Below, piece after piece: positions 43,326 through 53,784 of a stretch of 64,000 nt of DNA. The stretch covers positions 1-64,000 of the forward strand of contig JBGUGD010000002.1 of NCBI GenBank assembly GCA_041697335.1. The letters are read 5' to 3'. Within the stretch, counting starts at the first letter, position 1, and every line of letters starts with the position of its first letter. The translations under genes and the position numbers were made by a program. The DNA is from Vampirovibrionaceae bacterium NZW_1234 (GTDB taxonomy: Bacteria > Cyanobacteriota > Vampirovibrionia > Vampirovibrionales > JAGQHJ01). A model generated the notes under the pieces. That model was not told the origin of the DNA. It ran no database searches and saw nothing but the letters and a program-made list of their open reading frames with translations.

Positions 43326-44717
43326 ATGTGGACATTTCTGCTACATGCATTTGGTAAGCGGGTTTGGGCGTGGCTGTTTATTATTGTGGTCGGCTTGCTG
43401 GTGCTTTTTGCACCGAGTCCGTTTGCCAACAGCCAGTCAAACACGGCATCCGAGGTTTTGGTCCTGACCCTGAACGATGAAGTGGTTTCTCCCATCACCG
43501 CAGACTATATTCGCCGGGGTCTACAGCAAGCCAGTGAACGCCAGGCCAAGGCGGTCGTGATTCAGTTGGATACCCCCGGGGGCTTACTGGCATCAACCCA
43601 TGAGATTGTCAAACAAGAGTTGAATGCGGCTGTGCCGGTCATTGTGTATGTTGCTCCTGCCGGGGCGCGGGCCGGGTCGGCTGGAGTCTTTATTACCCTG
43701 GCGGCACATGTAGCGGCTATGGCCCCTTCGACACGGATTGGTGCGGCGCACCCGGTGGATGTCAATGGAAAGTGGCCCAGTGGCCCGGAGGGAGAAAAAG
43801 GCGCAGCCGGGGAGGAAAGTGTCATGAGCCAGAAGGTTCTGAATGACACCGTGGCCGGTATCCGGGCCATTGCCAAGGCTCGGGGGCGAAACGAGGATTT
43901 TGCCGTTCGGGCGGTCACCAAAAGCGTTTCGCTGACTGCCGAGGAGGCGCAAAAAGAAGGCGTGGTCGATCTGGTGGCCGAGAGCCTGCCCTCGCTGCTG
44001 ACGGCCCTGGAGGGGCGAACGGTTACGGTTCAAGGCAAGTCGCAGGTGCTTCAGCTGGAATCGGCCAGGGTTGTTGACTACACGTTTTCCACCCGGGAGC
44101 GTTTTCTCGGGATCCTGACCCATCCCTTTCTGGCCTATATTTTGTTGATGATAGGCTTTTACGGACTCTTGTTCGAAGTGACTCATCCGGGGATTCTGTT
44201 CCCGGGGATTGCCGGGGCCATCTGTTTGATTCTCGCTTTGATTGGGATGCAGACTCTGCCCGTGAACCTGGGGGGACTGGGCTTGATTGGCTTGGGCTTG
44301 ATCCTGTTTATTGCGGAAGTCTTTACGCCGGCATTCGGTGCTTTGTTTACCGGGGGATTTGTAGCCGTGGTGCTTGGCACGCTATTCCTGTACCAGTCTG
44401 AGGACCCCTACCTGCGTCAACTGGCTCCTGTTATGACCGTGGTTTCTTCCCTCCTTGCAGGGTTTACCGGGTTGGTGCTCTGGAAGATCATGAAGGCAAG
44501 GCGAATTAAGGCCAAGGACCCGTATCAGAAAATGATTGGGCAGTTGGGACGGGTGACCCTGGCTATTGAGCCCAGTCGACCGGGTAAAGTTAAAGTGTAT
44601 GGGGAAACCTGGGATGCCGAGGCTGAGGAGGCCCTGTCTGAAGGCGTAGAAGTCAAGGTGGTTGAGGTGAATCCCCAAGACCACCGGGTGTTAAAAGTTG
44701 TTCGCTATACTGTCTGA
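43326..44717 (+). CDS. nfeD: NfeD family membrane-bound serine protease
   Basis: LDTPGG, AGSAG, IGAAHP, TM block and C-terminal OB fold. Confidence 0.95.
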   Translation: MWTFLLHAFGKRVWAWLFIIVVGLLVLFAPSPFANSQSNTASEVLVLTLNDEVVSPITADYIRRGLQQASERQAKAVVIQLDTPGGLLASTHEIVKQELNAAVPVIVYVAPAGARAGSAGVFITLAAHVAAMAPSTRIGAAHPVDVNGKWPSGPEGEKGAAGEESVMSQKVLNDTVAGIRAIAKARGRNEDFAVRAVTKSVSLTAEEAQKEGVVDLVAESLPSLLTALEGRTVTVQGKSQVLQLESARVVDYTFSTRERFLGILTHPFLAYILLMIGFYGLLFEVTHPGILFPGIAGAICLILALIGMQTLPVNLGGLGLIGLGLILFIAEVFTPAFGALFTGGFVAVVLGTLFLYQSEDPYLRQLAPVMTVVSSLLAGFTGLVLWKIMKARRIKAKDPYQKMIGQLGRVTLAIEPSRPGKVKVYGETWDAEAEEALSEGVEVKVVEVNPQDHRVLKVVRYTV

Positions 44718-44734
44718 TAGAGGAGACCATTCTC

Positions 44735-45496
44735 ATGGAGTTTTTATTTGGCCTGCCCATCTTGTTTGTGCCGGTTATTCTGTTCTTTTTGCTGAGCTGG
44801 ATCCGGGTTTTAAGCGAGTATGAGCGGGGAGTTGTCTTCCGTTTGGGGCGGATTATGGGCCAGCCTTATGGCCCCGGGTTGATATTGCTGTTCGCACCCC
44901 CGTTTGTGGACCGGATGGTCAAGATCGACCTGCGGACCGTGACCCTGGATGTCCCACCCCAGGATGTCATTACCCGGGACAACGTGTCCATCAAGGTGAA
45001 TGCTGTTGTCTACTATCGTGTTCTGGACCCTATTACAGCGGTTACCGAGATCGAAGACTACCACTATGCAACCTCCCAGATGTCCCAGACCACACTGCGA
45101 AGTGTGGTGGGTCAGGCCGAGCTGGATACGATTCTGGCTGAGCGGGACAAGATTAGCCATACGATTCAGGGAATCCTGGATGAGCAGACCAATGCGTGGG
45201 GGATCAAAGTGGCGAACGTCGAGATCAAGAACGTAGACCTTCCCCCGGATATGCAACGCGCCATGGCACGTCAGGCGGAAGCCGAGCGGGAGCGTCGGGC
45301 GAAGATCATTAGTGCTGAAGGGGAGTTTCAGGCCGCTGAGAAGCTGGTTCAGGCTGCCGATATGATGAGTGCCCATCCAATGGCCTTGCAAATGCGTTAC
45401 CTGCAAACCATGGTGGAAGTGGGTTCCGAGAAGAACACGACCATTTTCTTCCCGCTGCCCATCGATATCCTGAGCAGTTTCATGAACAAGAAGTAG
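44735..45496 (+). CDS. SPFH/slipin (stomatin-like) protein
   Basis: [35 protein letters not shown]; canonical partner of nfeD. Confidence 0.96.
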   Translation: MEFLFGLPILFVPVILFFLLSWIRVLSEYERGVVFRLGRIMGQPYGPGLILLFAPPFVDRMVKIDLRTVTLDVPPQDVITRDNVSIKVNAVVYYRVLDPITAVTEIEDYHYATSQMSQTTLRSVVGQAELDTILAERDKISHTIQGILDEQTNAWGIKVANVEIKNVDLPPDMQRAMARQAEAERERRAKIISAEGEFQAAEKLVQAADMMSAHPMALQMRYLQTMVEVGSEKNTTIFFPLPIDILSSFMNKK

Positions 45497-45513
45497 TCGA
45501 TTTAACAGGAATT

Positions 45514-45553
45514 TGCCCCCGGCCATCGATCTTCGTGGCGGGGGCATTTTTTT
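45514..45553. terminator. terminator between slipin and the AvrB-like gene
   Basis: TGCCCCC..GCCA/TGGC.GGGGGCA hairpin followed by T7. Confidence 0.7.
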
Positions 45554-45561
45554 ATGAGGGT

Positions 45562-46437
45562 CTAGTAGTGCGGGTGTGTTTCAAAGAGCTGGGCGTAGTT
45601 TTGCGTGAACGACTCCAGCGGGGTGACCAGGGCTTCCAGATCGGGGGCCAGGCCCGCTCGCCAAGGGCCTGTTTTAATGCCTGCGGCGTCCAGAAGGACT
45701 CTGCTTGCCATATCGGCAATACCTGCCGAGCCTCTCTGAAAAGGCATGGCTTGGACCATAAGCCAATGAAACCGGGCAACGTTTTCAAGGGTTTGATGCA
45801 GGACATGGGGTGTTCTGGGTTGGCCTCTTAGCTGATGAATTTGATGATAAACCTGGTTTAAGGCGGCCAAGGCCAGCGGTAGTTGTTGCGGTGGCATCCA
45901 TTGCCATGCCAATCCATGGGGGGTTCGCAAGGTTTGGGTTAGGTGTAGTCTGGTGCCCCCAACGTTCACAGTCATCACATGGTTGGGACGATTGCCAAGG
46001 AGGGATTGGGCTCGATGTGCATACGGCTGATAGCGTCCCTGGATGGGTTGAGGCGGGGTATTGGTATTGACAGACCGGAATTGGCCGAATTGATGCCAAG
46101 CCTGGGTATTATAATAGCCGTTGTCCTTAGGTTGAATTTGAGGATGCGGGTAGGCCTCGGCTGCTTTGTAGCCATGGTAATGGTGTGCCAGATAGCCGAG
46201 GAGGGATTCGGCACTGCGAAACTGATTCAGGCGAGTGACCGCTTGATGAATGACTTGATTCATGGCACTGGCCCAGAACGTATCCTGTCTGAAACCAGGC
46301 ATCCGAATCAGGAGGCGATTGGGGTCTGTGCTTCGTACTGTGAATACCGGGGATGCGCTTTGTGCAGGCACTGAAGACCAACCGTGCGGGAACCAGGTCC
46401 GCTGGTAATGACTCGGTTGAACTCCGATGGCCGACAT
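45562..46437 (-). CDS. AvrB/AvrC-like Fido-fold protein
   Basis: HWLMVQAMPFQRGSAG...PDLEALVTPLESF..NY..LFE C-terminus; GGGGAG RBS before ATG 46437. Confidence 0.75.
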   Translation of the reverse strand: MSAIGVQPSHYQRTWFPHGWSSVPAQSASPVFTVRSTDPNRLLIRMPGFRQDTFWASAMNQVIHQAVTRLNQFRSAESLLGYLAHHYHGYKAAEAYPHPQIQPKDNGYYNTQAWHQFGQFRSVNTNTPPQPIQGRYQPYAHRAQSLLGNRPNHVMTVNVGGTRLHLTQTLRTPHGLAWQWMPPQQLPLALAALNQVYHQIHQLRGQPRTPHVLHQTLENVARFHWLMVQAMPFQRGSAGIADMASRVLLDAAGIKTGPWRAGLAPDLEALVTPLESFTQNYAQLFETHPHY

Positions 46438-46602
46438 ACGATGCTTGACTCCCCTGGTCGATGGTTCCCCTTGCTTTCGCACAAAACCCCCTCAAGCGGG
46501 ATTTGTGACAGCCGGTTTTTGAGAAAGGACTTAACTTGCTGTCGGATGTCGCGTCCCCCTCGGAACGTTAGAATGGAGGGACCACAACCGAGGAGGGAAA
46601 TC

Positions 46603-47592
46603 ATGGGGCTTCAGGCACAATACGATGCCATTGTGTTGGGGACAGGTCCTGCTGGGGTGACGGCGGGAATCTATCTGGCCAGGTTTCAATTGAAGACGGC
46701 GATTATTGGAAACCCCTGTCGAGGGGTCGCCGAGGATAGCGGGAATCCGGAAACCATTCCGGTGGTCTATCACAATGTTCCCGGTTTCCCGGAAGGGATT
46801 TCATGCTCTGCCTTTGTGGAACGCGGGCTTCAACAAGCAAAAGAAGAAGGCTGTACCGTGATCTGGGATGACGTAATAGCCCTGTCTCAGACCTCCCACC
46901 AGCACTTTATCGTTCAAGGCGAAAAGAGCCTTTATACGGGGCAAGCCATTTTCTATGCCTTGGGTCTGCGTCATGGGTGGCCCACGTTTTCCGGCTCCAA
47001 TCACTATGTGGGCCATGGGGTGTATCTGGCGGTGGACGCCAATGCTTGTGAGGCATCCGGTGCCCAGGCCGCAATCATTGGCCATGATGATTATTCGGCC
47101 GTAGAGGCGATTCGTCTTCATTCGTTTGCCGAGCGGGTCTTCCTTTTAGCCGATGGGCAGCCCCTGGAGCTTTCGGACGAGGTGGCCGACGTGTTGTCGG
47201 ACTTGGGTATTGACGTCATTCCCGATGCTATTCTCGCGCTTCAGGGAGATGGGCAGCGCCTGACGCATATTGACTTTGTGGGTGGGCGTCGTGAGGCGAT
47301 TTCTGTTGTCTTTTTGCCCGAGCATTGGCTTCAACCCCAGAGCCAGCTGGCCCGGCAGCTGGGAGTGACGGTGGATGCACAGGGCTACATTCAGGTGAAT
47401 GAGCGCTTTGAGACCAATATCGGCAACGTTTATGCCATGGGCGATGTGACGTCACGCGGGCCGGAGCAGGTGATTACCGCTTGTTACCATGGGATGCAGG
47501 CGGCATGGGCTTTTTATGAAGGACGTTTCCACGAGCAGATGTACCAGTTGCTTCGGCGGGGACGTCGGGTGGTGTCTCGCAATTTGGTCTAG
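46603..47592 (+). CDS. thioredoxin-reductase-like NAD(P)/FAD oxidoreductase
   Basis: GTGPAG.TAG, HNVPGFP, TNIGNVYAMGD; GGAGG RBS; CxxC absent. Confidence 0.88.
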   Translation: MGLQAQYDAIVLGTGPAGVTAGIYLARFQLKTAIIGNPCRGVAEDSGNPETIPVVYHNVPGFPEGISCSAFVERGLQQAKEEGCTVIWDDVIALSQTSHQHFIVQGEKSLYTGQAIFYALGLRHGWPTFSGSNHYVGHGVYLAVDANACEASGAQAAIIGHDDYSAVEAIRLHSFAERVFLLADGQPLELSDEVADVLSDLGIDVIPDAILALQGDGQRLTHIDFVGGRREAISVVFLPEHWLQPQSQLARQLGVTVDAQGYIQVNERFETNIGNVYAMGDVTSRGPEQVITACYHGMQAAWAFYEGRFHEQMYQLLRRGRRVVSRNLV

Positions 47593-50150
47593 GCCTTGGG
47601 CTTGAGCCGGGCGGCCTTGAAGTCGAAGACATGCGGAATCAGCTCTTCATAGCGGCTGACGGGGATAATGGTCAGATGCTCCCGTAGGGATTTGGGGATG
47701 GGGATTTCGAAGCGACCCTCGATGATCTTGGTCTTCGTCGCGTTGATGTTGCCCCGGGGCACAATGACAGTGGTTGCACCGGCCTGGAGGGCTGCGGACA
47801 TTTTGTGGAGCAATCCCCCGATTTCGCCCACATGGCCCAGCTGAGAGAGTGTCCCCGTCATGGCCACGTCGCCTCGTACGGGGATTTTTGTCAGGGCACT
47901 GAGCATGGACGTGGCGTAGGTGATTCCGGCGCTCGGGCCGTCCGAAGGGCCACAGCTGTTTTCACCGCCATCATCCACGGCAATCTGGACCAAACGTTTC
48001 TCGGGAATAATGCTGTCGACGCCCATGCGTTGGCTCAGGCGTTCCTGGCTATTAAGGAGGTATTGCAGGGATTTTCGTACCGACTCCCATTCGGAGTGAC
48101 CGATCATCCCGGTGGATTGGGTCAGCTTGACCCGGCTGTGGCCTTTGATGGGAACCAGGTTGACGGTGGCATCAATGGGATCCATGCTGCCCCCCATTTC
48201 CGAGGCCCCCAGCGCATTGGTGCGGCCCACCTGGCTGGGTTGGGCCCGGTAATACCGGGGTGGGTCTCCAATCAAGGCTTTCAGGTTCTCGGCCCTGATT
48301 CGGAAAGGCTTTTTCGGGTTGCGGCCCTGCATTTCAATCCGATAGGCAATCTTTGAGGCGATGGTGTTGATGACGTCATTGGCCTTGCGCATGCCCGATT
48401 CCTGGGTGTATTTGTGCAAAATGGCATTCAGGGCATCGTCCTCAAAGACGATTTGCCGCTCCGACAGTTTGTATTCACTCAGGATTTTGGGGATGGTGAA
48501 CTTGCGCAGGATTGCGAACTTCTCTTCCGACGTGTAGCCGGGGAGCTGAATGATGTGCATCCGATCCTGGAGGCCAGGCGGGATTTTAGAGATGTCATTG
48601 GCGGTACAGATGAACAGGGCTCGGGACAGGTCGTAGGTACCCAGGTATTCATCCTGGAACGATTTGTTTTGGGTCGGATCCAGGATCTCCATCAGGGCTG
48701 CCGGTAACTCTTTGCCACTCATCTTGTCGATTTCATCGAGCATGATGACCGGGTTGGTGGTTCCGGTTTTGATGATCCCCTGGATCAGGCGGCCCGGTTC
48801 GGCGCCAATATAGACTTTTCGCTCGCCCCGCAGTTCAGCGACGTCTTTCTTACCAGCCATCGACAGCTTGAAGAACTTGCGATTCGTGGCTTCGGCAATG
48901 GCCTCGCCCAGGCTGGTTTTTCCAATGCCGTAGGGACCCACAAAACAGATGACCTTGCCGCTGGGCGGAAGATCATGGCGTGCCCGGCGGGCGGTGACAG
49001 CCATGAATTCCTTGATTTTCATCTTGGCCTGTTCCAGGCCGTAAAGACGTTCATTGAGGACCCGGGCCACCCGTCTCGGGTTGATGGGCTCGGCCGGGCT
49101 GTGGATTAGCGGCAGGCGGAAGAGCTTTTTCAGGTACTCGTCGGTGTTCTTGAAGTGTTCGCTGGGATCATCGAATTCATCGGGCATGGCATGCTTGTAG
49201 TCGGCCAGCTTGGCCTTTAGTTCCCGGATCTGCTCATCATTCAGGACTCGTCTCTCCTTGGGTGCCTTGTTCATGGCATCCAGCAGAGACTCCCAGCTAT
49301 CCAACTGCTGTTGAAAGACGGTGCCGTTGTCATCATCATCCTCGTCGTCGTCATCGTCATCCTCGTCGTCATCAATGTCGTCGACATTCACGAGTTCGTC
49401 CAGGGCATTGTACTTCTTGGCCAGGTCCGAAAAGAAGCTGCTGGCTTGTTTGAACTCTTTGTCAATGCCCTTGTCGGTGCTGCTGCTGAGGCGTAAAAAC
49501 AGCAGGAAGTCGAAACCCTTGGCATCGGTACCGTGGGTTTTGACAAATTGCGTCAACAGCTTGCGAAGCTCCGGGGAAAAGCGGATCTTGTCGTGGACAT
49601 CGGTTTGTCCGGGCATGGTCTGGACAGCCTGAGCCAGGGTCTTGCGGCTGTTGGAAAAGAGTTCCCAGACCTGATCCCGGTTGGGATATTCGTCCATGTC
49701 ATCGTCTTTCAGTACGGTATGCAACGCTCTGAAGGTGGAAGCCAGGACGGGGTTTCCTTGGAGATTGTCACTATCGGCATTGAAGCGGACTTCCTGGGTG
49801 GCTCGGGTGGCCGTTTTCATCAGTCCCAACAAGAGATGGGTTGTCGTAATGACGGGCAAATGGTGTTTCAGAAAGCGTTTGTCGGCTTTGGGGCGGGCGC
49901 CTTTGAGAATCCAGGTCTGCACCACGCTGGGAAGGCTGTCGAAGAGCTGGCTGTCGGTCATGGTTTTTCCGGCAGGCTTGAGTCGCCCGAAGAGTGGCGC
50001 CTGTGGATAATGGATGCCTACGGGCGGAGACTGTCCCTGTAACTGTCCGGGAGTCTGGGCGGGTTGTCGGTTGGCTCGGTAGGCCAATGCCGGGTTGGCT
50101 CCAAGGGGGAACCCCTGGCGCGATGCCGGTGTTATCAATTGAATGTCCAT
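47589..50150 (-). CDS. Lon-type ATP-dependent protease with atypical N-terminus
   Basis: GPYGIGKTS Walker A, MLDEIDK Walker B, DGPSAG Ser and GGLLHK Lys; acidic tract; PLFG leader. Confidence 0.9.
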   Translation of the reverse strand: MDIQLITPASRQGFPLGANPALAYRANRQPAQTPGQLQGQSPPVGIHYPQAPLFGRLKPAGKTMTDSQLFDSLPSVVQTWILKGARPKADKRFLKHHLPVITTTHLLLGLMKTATRATQEVRFNADSDNLQGNPVLASTFRALHTVLKDDDMDEYPNRDQVWELFSNSRKTLAQAVQTMPGQTDVHDKIRFSPELRKLLTQFVKTHGTDAKGFDFLLFLRLSSSTDKGIDKEFKQASSFFSDLAKKYNALDELVNVDDIDDDEDDDDDDEDDDDNGTVFQQQLDSWESLLDAMNKAPKERRVLNDEQIRELKAKLADYKHAMPDEFDDPSEHFKNTDEYLKKLFRLPLIHSPAEPINPRRVARVLNERLYGLEQAKMKIKEFMAVTARRARHDLPPSGKVICFVGPYGIGKTSLGEAIAEATNRKFFKLSMAGKKDVAELRGERKVYIGAEPGRLIQGIIKTGTTNPVIMLDEIDKMSGKELPAALMEILDPTQNKSFQDEYLGTYDLSRALFICTANDISKIPPGLQDRMHIIQLPGYTSEEKFAILRKFTIPKILSEYKLSERQIVFEDDALNAILHKYTQESGMRKANDVINTIASKIAYRIEMQGRNPKKPFRIRAENLKALIGDPPRYYRAQPSQVGRTNALGASEMGGSMDPIDATVNLVPIKGHSRVKLTQSTGMIGHSEWESVRKSLQYLLNSQERLSQRMGVDSIIPEKRLVQIAVDDGGENSCGPSDGPSAGITYATSMLSALTKIPVRGDVAMTGTLSQLGHVGEIGGLLHKMSAALQAGATTVIVPRGNINATKTKIIEGRFEIPIPKSLREHLTIIPVSRYEELIPHVFDFKAARLKPKA

Positions 50151-50336
50151 TGCTCCCCCATCAGGACGTGATCCTGCATGCTCATATCCCACTCACCCAC
50201 GTGCTTACGCTTCCATTGATTCGGACTACTTATAGCAACTCCGCCCAACGTGTGCAAGGGATTGTAATCAAACGTTACCGCCGAATCCGAATGCCGGGTC
50301 AGGCGCTTAGGGTGTTTACCCCCACTGGAAGGCAAA

Positions 50337-50528
50337 ATGGAGAAAGAGGAGTGCGCAGAGCCCTTCACAGCAGAGGGCAATGAAGATGGCCTTATTGAGC
50401 TTGGGCATGAGGACCTCCGGTCACTGCTGTCGCGTGCCATTATCCGACTTGGGGGCGTCGGGCGTTTGAGCGGAATAATAGTGAGTAGCGCTTTGGTTTT
50501 GGTACTCATTGTTCTATACCCTGCTTGA
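50337..50528 (+). CDS. possible small membrane protein
   Basis: GGAAGG before ATG; C-terminal hydrophobic helix. Confidence 0.4.
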   Translation: MEKEECAEPFTAEGNEDGLIELGHEDLRSLLSRAIIRLGGVGRLSGIIVSSALVLVLIVLYPA

Positions 50529-50570
50529 GGATGGATTAAACCTGAGGTGTCGCTGAAGTCGAGGGAGGCC

Positions 50571-51521
50571 TCAACTGGGTAGCGATGGGGGGCCAAGGAG
50601 GTGAGTTCGCCATTTGGGGCGCCCATAATACGCAAGATAGCGCTCGGTCAGGGGAATGTTTTCCTGATGCAGAAGGAAGGCCGTATCTATCATGGGTGGG
50701 TGCGAGCTGACCAGATTTTTTCCAGAAACATGCTGGAGCACCTGGAGCCATTGATCGGCATAGATGAGTGCCGTTTCCCGGTAGGCTTCATCCAGGAGCT
50801 TTTTATCACGGGCGTTGGTTTTTACATTCGGCATGATGTCGAAGTCCAGGAGTTTGAGGCGGCGCATTTGCGGGTGATAGTAGCAGTTGCGAAGCACCAC
50901 CTCCAGGATGTCGTCGGTTTCGTTTTTGCCCTTCAGGGGGCGGCGCATGTAGTAAATGGTGGTCGGGTCAAAGAAGATGTTGAACCTGTCGGCCAGGGGT
51001 TTGGCCTGAGGTGTCAGGAAATGGTTTTTGGCTTCATGAAACCGATTCTTTCGAAGCAGGCTGAGGCCTTTGTCCAGAAAGGCTCTAAGCTGGGTTTCGC
51101 CGTGGTGGTCCCGAATCGGGATGACCACTTCATCCATGCCCAAGGTCAGCTGGTCTCCCGGGCGAAGGTCATAAGGCTGATTCAAGGCCAGAATCAGCCC
51201 GTTGATACTGCAACTGACCTCGTCCGAGAGGGCCGTAAACTGGAGAACGCCTTGTCGGGTTCGCCGAATACGTCCTTGAAGCTGGGGAAGGTTTCCTTCG
51301 GACAGGTTGATGTCGCAGCCATAATCGCCCACTGTCCGGGCTGGTGCGCCGGGACGGAGATTGGCCAGGAGGTCGGCGACCTCGTCGGGGCTGAAGCGAT
51401 TGTCCGACTGGAAGCGAGGGCCCAACTTTTGACGTTGGGCAGGTGTTGGCGATCCGGGCTTCAGTGTCGAAGCCCGGGCCTGGTGTGTCCAAGCCGACTG
51501 AAATCCCAGGTGAATCCTCAC
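50571..51521 (-). CDS. hypothetical protein with degenerate FHA-like domain (true gene at the 3' end of the 1338-aa ORF)
   Basis: GGGGG RBS before GTG 51521; VG..GCDINL...SING....DLRPGDQLTLG FHA-like pattern; leader ends PRFQS. Confidence 0.7.
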   Translation of the reverse strand: MRIHLGFQSAWTHQARASTLKPGSPTPAQRQKLGPRFQSDNRFSPDEVADLLANLRPGAPARTVGDYGCDINLSEGNLPQLQGRIRRTRQGVLQFTALSDEVSCSINGLILALNQPYDLRPGDQLTLGMDEVVIPIRDHHGETQLRAFLDKGLSLLRKNRFHEAKNHFLTPQAKPLADRFNIFFDPTTIYYMRRPLKGKNETDDILEVVLRNCYYHPQMRRLKLLDFDIMPNVKTNARDKKLLDEAYRETALIYADQWLQVLQHVSGKNLVSSHPPMIDTAFLLHQENIPLTERYLAYYGRPKWRTHLLGPPSLPS

Positions 51522-51776
51522 GCCGTCAACCCCCAGCACTAAAATAGGTAAGTCTATATAAACACCGGCAAAGAGGCCTGTAAAGTCCCAGCATTGGGGA
51601 CCCCAAGGATCCCCCGCTCTCGGGTGGTACACCCATGGATCAATACCCCGCTCCTGTCGGATTGACCGATAGGTGGGGGAGGAAATGGATCGGGGGATTA
51701 ATGTGTTTGATGTATATAAAATATATGATAAAAATATGAAGCAGGTAACCGAGAGACCGCCTTGAAGGAGACACCG

Positions 51777-51953
51777 ATGCCTAAATTCACCAATCGAAAC
51801 AGCAGCCTCGTCATTTACAAGATTAAAGGCACCAACCAGTACTACCTGAAGACCTTTGGCCAGGAAATGTCCTTTACCCGTGAAGAAGATGCACAACGCT
51901 TTGCCCGCTACCTGACAAAGTCCGATATGCAGTTTGATGTTCAGCTGGTCTAA
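51777..51953 (+). CDS. small hypothetical protein (58 aa)
   Basis: AAGGAG RBS; AT-rich promoter region upstream; protein-like composition. Confidence 0.7.
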   Translation: MPKFTNRNSSLVIYKIKGTNQYYLKTFGQEMSFTREEDAQRFARYLTKSDMQFDVQLV

Positions 51954-52202
51954 AAGATGGGTATGCCTGGGGGGGAGGCTCTTTTGGGAGGAGGTGCTTT
52001 TTACTTTCCCCGGGCTTGATATCATTTGGGGATGCACCGGATAAGTCTCGTTACAGTTTTGTAACGCTTTGAGCCAAAAGGATTCACTCAATCCAGTGTT
52101 CACGCTAAGATGCGCATAAATTAAAGTCACTATTTCATGTGAATGAAATAGGGCTGAATCTGTAACCCGCTGCTTGTTAGAAAGAGACGATACGAGAGTC
52201 TG

Positions 52203-53687
52203 GTGTTTTCCTACCCGTCCAGTTACCCGTCCACGACGTGGACTTATTCGGCCCCTATGCCCGGTAATTCTTATTCCGGCGTGTCCTACTATGGTGCTTA
52301 TCCCGCAGCCGGTTCGGGGAGCTATGCCTATGGGTATTCGCCAAGCTGGATGTCCACCCCGCAGCCGGTGAGTGATGCTTACGTGAAACGATCTGAAATG
52401 CCCAATCGAGCGTCTCGCCCTACGGTACTCGATCTGCCGCCCATGGATAGCGATTTTCTGGCCTCGCTGATGCGTCGTGATTCGGATACGCCCGTGGTAT
52501 CGCACAGAACCAAGGTCAAGGCCCCCAGCAACGAGGAAATTCTGAGCCGCCGCCGTCAAATCCAGGAAGATCAGTCCGAGAAGAAAGGGATGGGGATTAA
52601 GACGGCACTGATGGTTGTTCCGTCGCTGATTCTGGGGATGGGATTGATTGGCTACCACATGTTTCGCAACCACACGCGGGAGGTTAAATTCGTGCCCGCA
52701 GATGACACCAAGGTGCCGAAAATTAAGCGGGTTCCTGAAAAGACCGTTGTGGCGGGCAGCGACAATTCGCCTGCCTGGACGCATTTCTCCGATCCGGCCC
52801 TGGCCGCCCAAGCCACCGGCATGTCTCTGGAACAGTTGAAGTCGATGACCACTCCCAAGTGGGAAAATGACTCCCTGGTGTTGAAATATGACATTCCCAT
52901 GTACCGCCAGCGGGATTATAAAGTGGCTGACAAGCCGCCGGGATGGTTTAAGGCGCTTCAGGCCGATACGTCCAGGCCCGATCATTTGAAGATGGGGGAT
53001 GTGGAGATGGTTCCCCTGTATGTGATTGCCCGCAAGGATTCGCTCACCACGGTAGGGCCGGTGGATGCGGAATTCATGAAGGATATCCAGGCCTCGGTGT
53101 GCAATGGTCTGGAGTGTCAGTTGTCGACCCAGCAGTTTATGTCGGTGCTGAATGAGCATGTGGCCGAGCGCTACAGCCAGGTCGCCGGGTCGATTGTGGC
53201 GGAAATCGATGAGATGTCCACACGCATCAATCGCAATGAGACAGCCTTGATTCCGGATCATGCCTCGAAGGTGACCCGGCAAATCCAGACCCTGAACAAG
53301 GGGCTTCAGGCACAAAATGCCCAAATGACCCAAATCCACGAGTTGTCCAGGCAGGTGCCCTTTGTTCCCGATAATCTGGTGGAGCAGTGGCAGTTTGGTG
53401 CCGATAAGCTGGATGACCGTTTTACGAAGCTTCGGACCCAATTGCACGAAACCAGCAACGCTTGCTACAATGCCCTGTCGGTGGAACAGAATCGGGGGCT
53501 GAAGAACCTGTCGCTGTTTCTGTTGATTCCGACCCTGACCGGGATGGTTGCCAGCTTGTATGGAATGAACGTTCCCTTGCCCGGGGGCAATGATAGCAGG
53601 ACTCTGCCTGTGGTGGCCTTTGGTGTTCCACTTCTGGCCTGGGGGCTGACCACGTTGCTGGGCCGGAAATTGAACGCCCCTCACTGA
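52203..53687 (+). CDS. CorA-like Mg2+ transporter with Tyr/Ser/Pro-rich N-terminal extension and extra TM helix
   Basis: C-terminal PTLTGMVASLYGMNVPLP (GMN signature) plus second TM. Confidence 0.8.
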   Translation: MFSYPSSYPSTTWTYSAPMPGNSYSGVSYYGAYPAAGSGSYAYGYSPSWMSTPQPVSDAYVKRSEMPNRASRPTVLDLPPMDSDFLASLMRRDSDTPVVSHRTKVKAPSNEEILSRRRQIQEDQSEKKGMGIKTALMVVPSLILGMGLIGYHMFRNHTREVKFVPADDTKVPKIKRVPEKTVVAGSDNSPAWTHFSDPALAAQATGMSLEQLKSMTTPKWENDSLVLKYDIPMYRQRDYKVADKPPGWFKALQADTSRPDHLKMGDVEMVPLYVIARKDSLTTVGPVDAEFMKDIQASVCNGLECQLSTQQFMSVLNEHVAERYSQVAGSIVAEIDEMSTRINRNETALIPDHASKVTRQIQTLNKGLQAQNAQMTQIHELSRQVPFVPDNLVEQWQFGADKLDDRFTKLRTQLHETSNACYNALSVEQNRGLKNLSLFLLIPTLTGMVASLYGMNVPLPGGNDSRTLPVVAFGVPLLAWGLTTLLGRKLNAPH

Positions 53688-53784
53688 TTGAACGCTTAAG
53701 CCCGGATAGTGATCCCCGTTTCTGTCGAGGCAAGTTTGTGCTACAGTTAAGCAGATGTAATGCTCACAACCAAGGAGCCCCCTG

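Noticed and set aside
44810..45547. 245-aa minus-strand ORF
   Set aside because: Antisense shadow of the slipin gene.
49325..49385. (TCA/TCG)n microsatellite-like tract
   Set aside because: Simply encodes the poly-Asp/Glu linker of the Lon-like protein.
50601..51542. 313-aa plus-strand ORF
   Set aside because: In-register antisense shadow of the FHA-like gene; no motifs.
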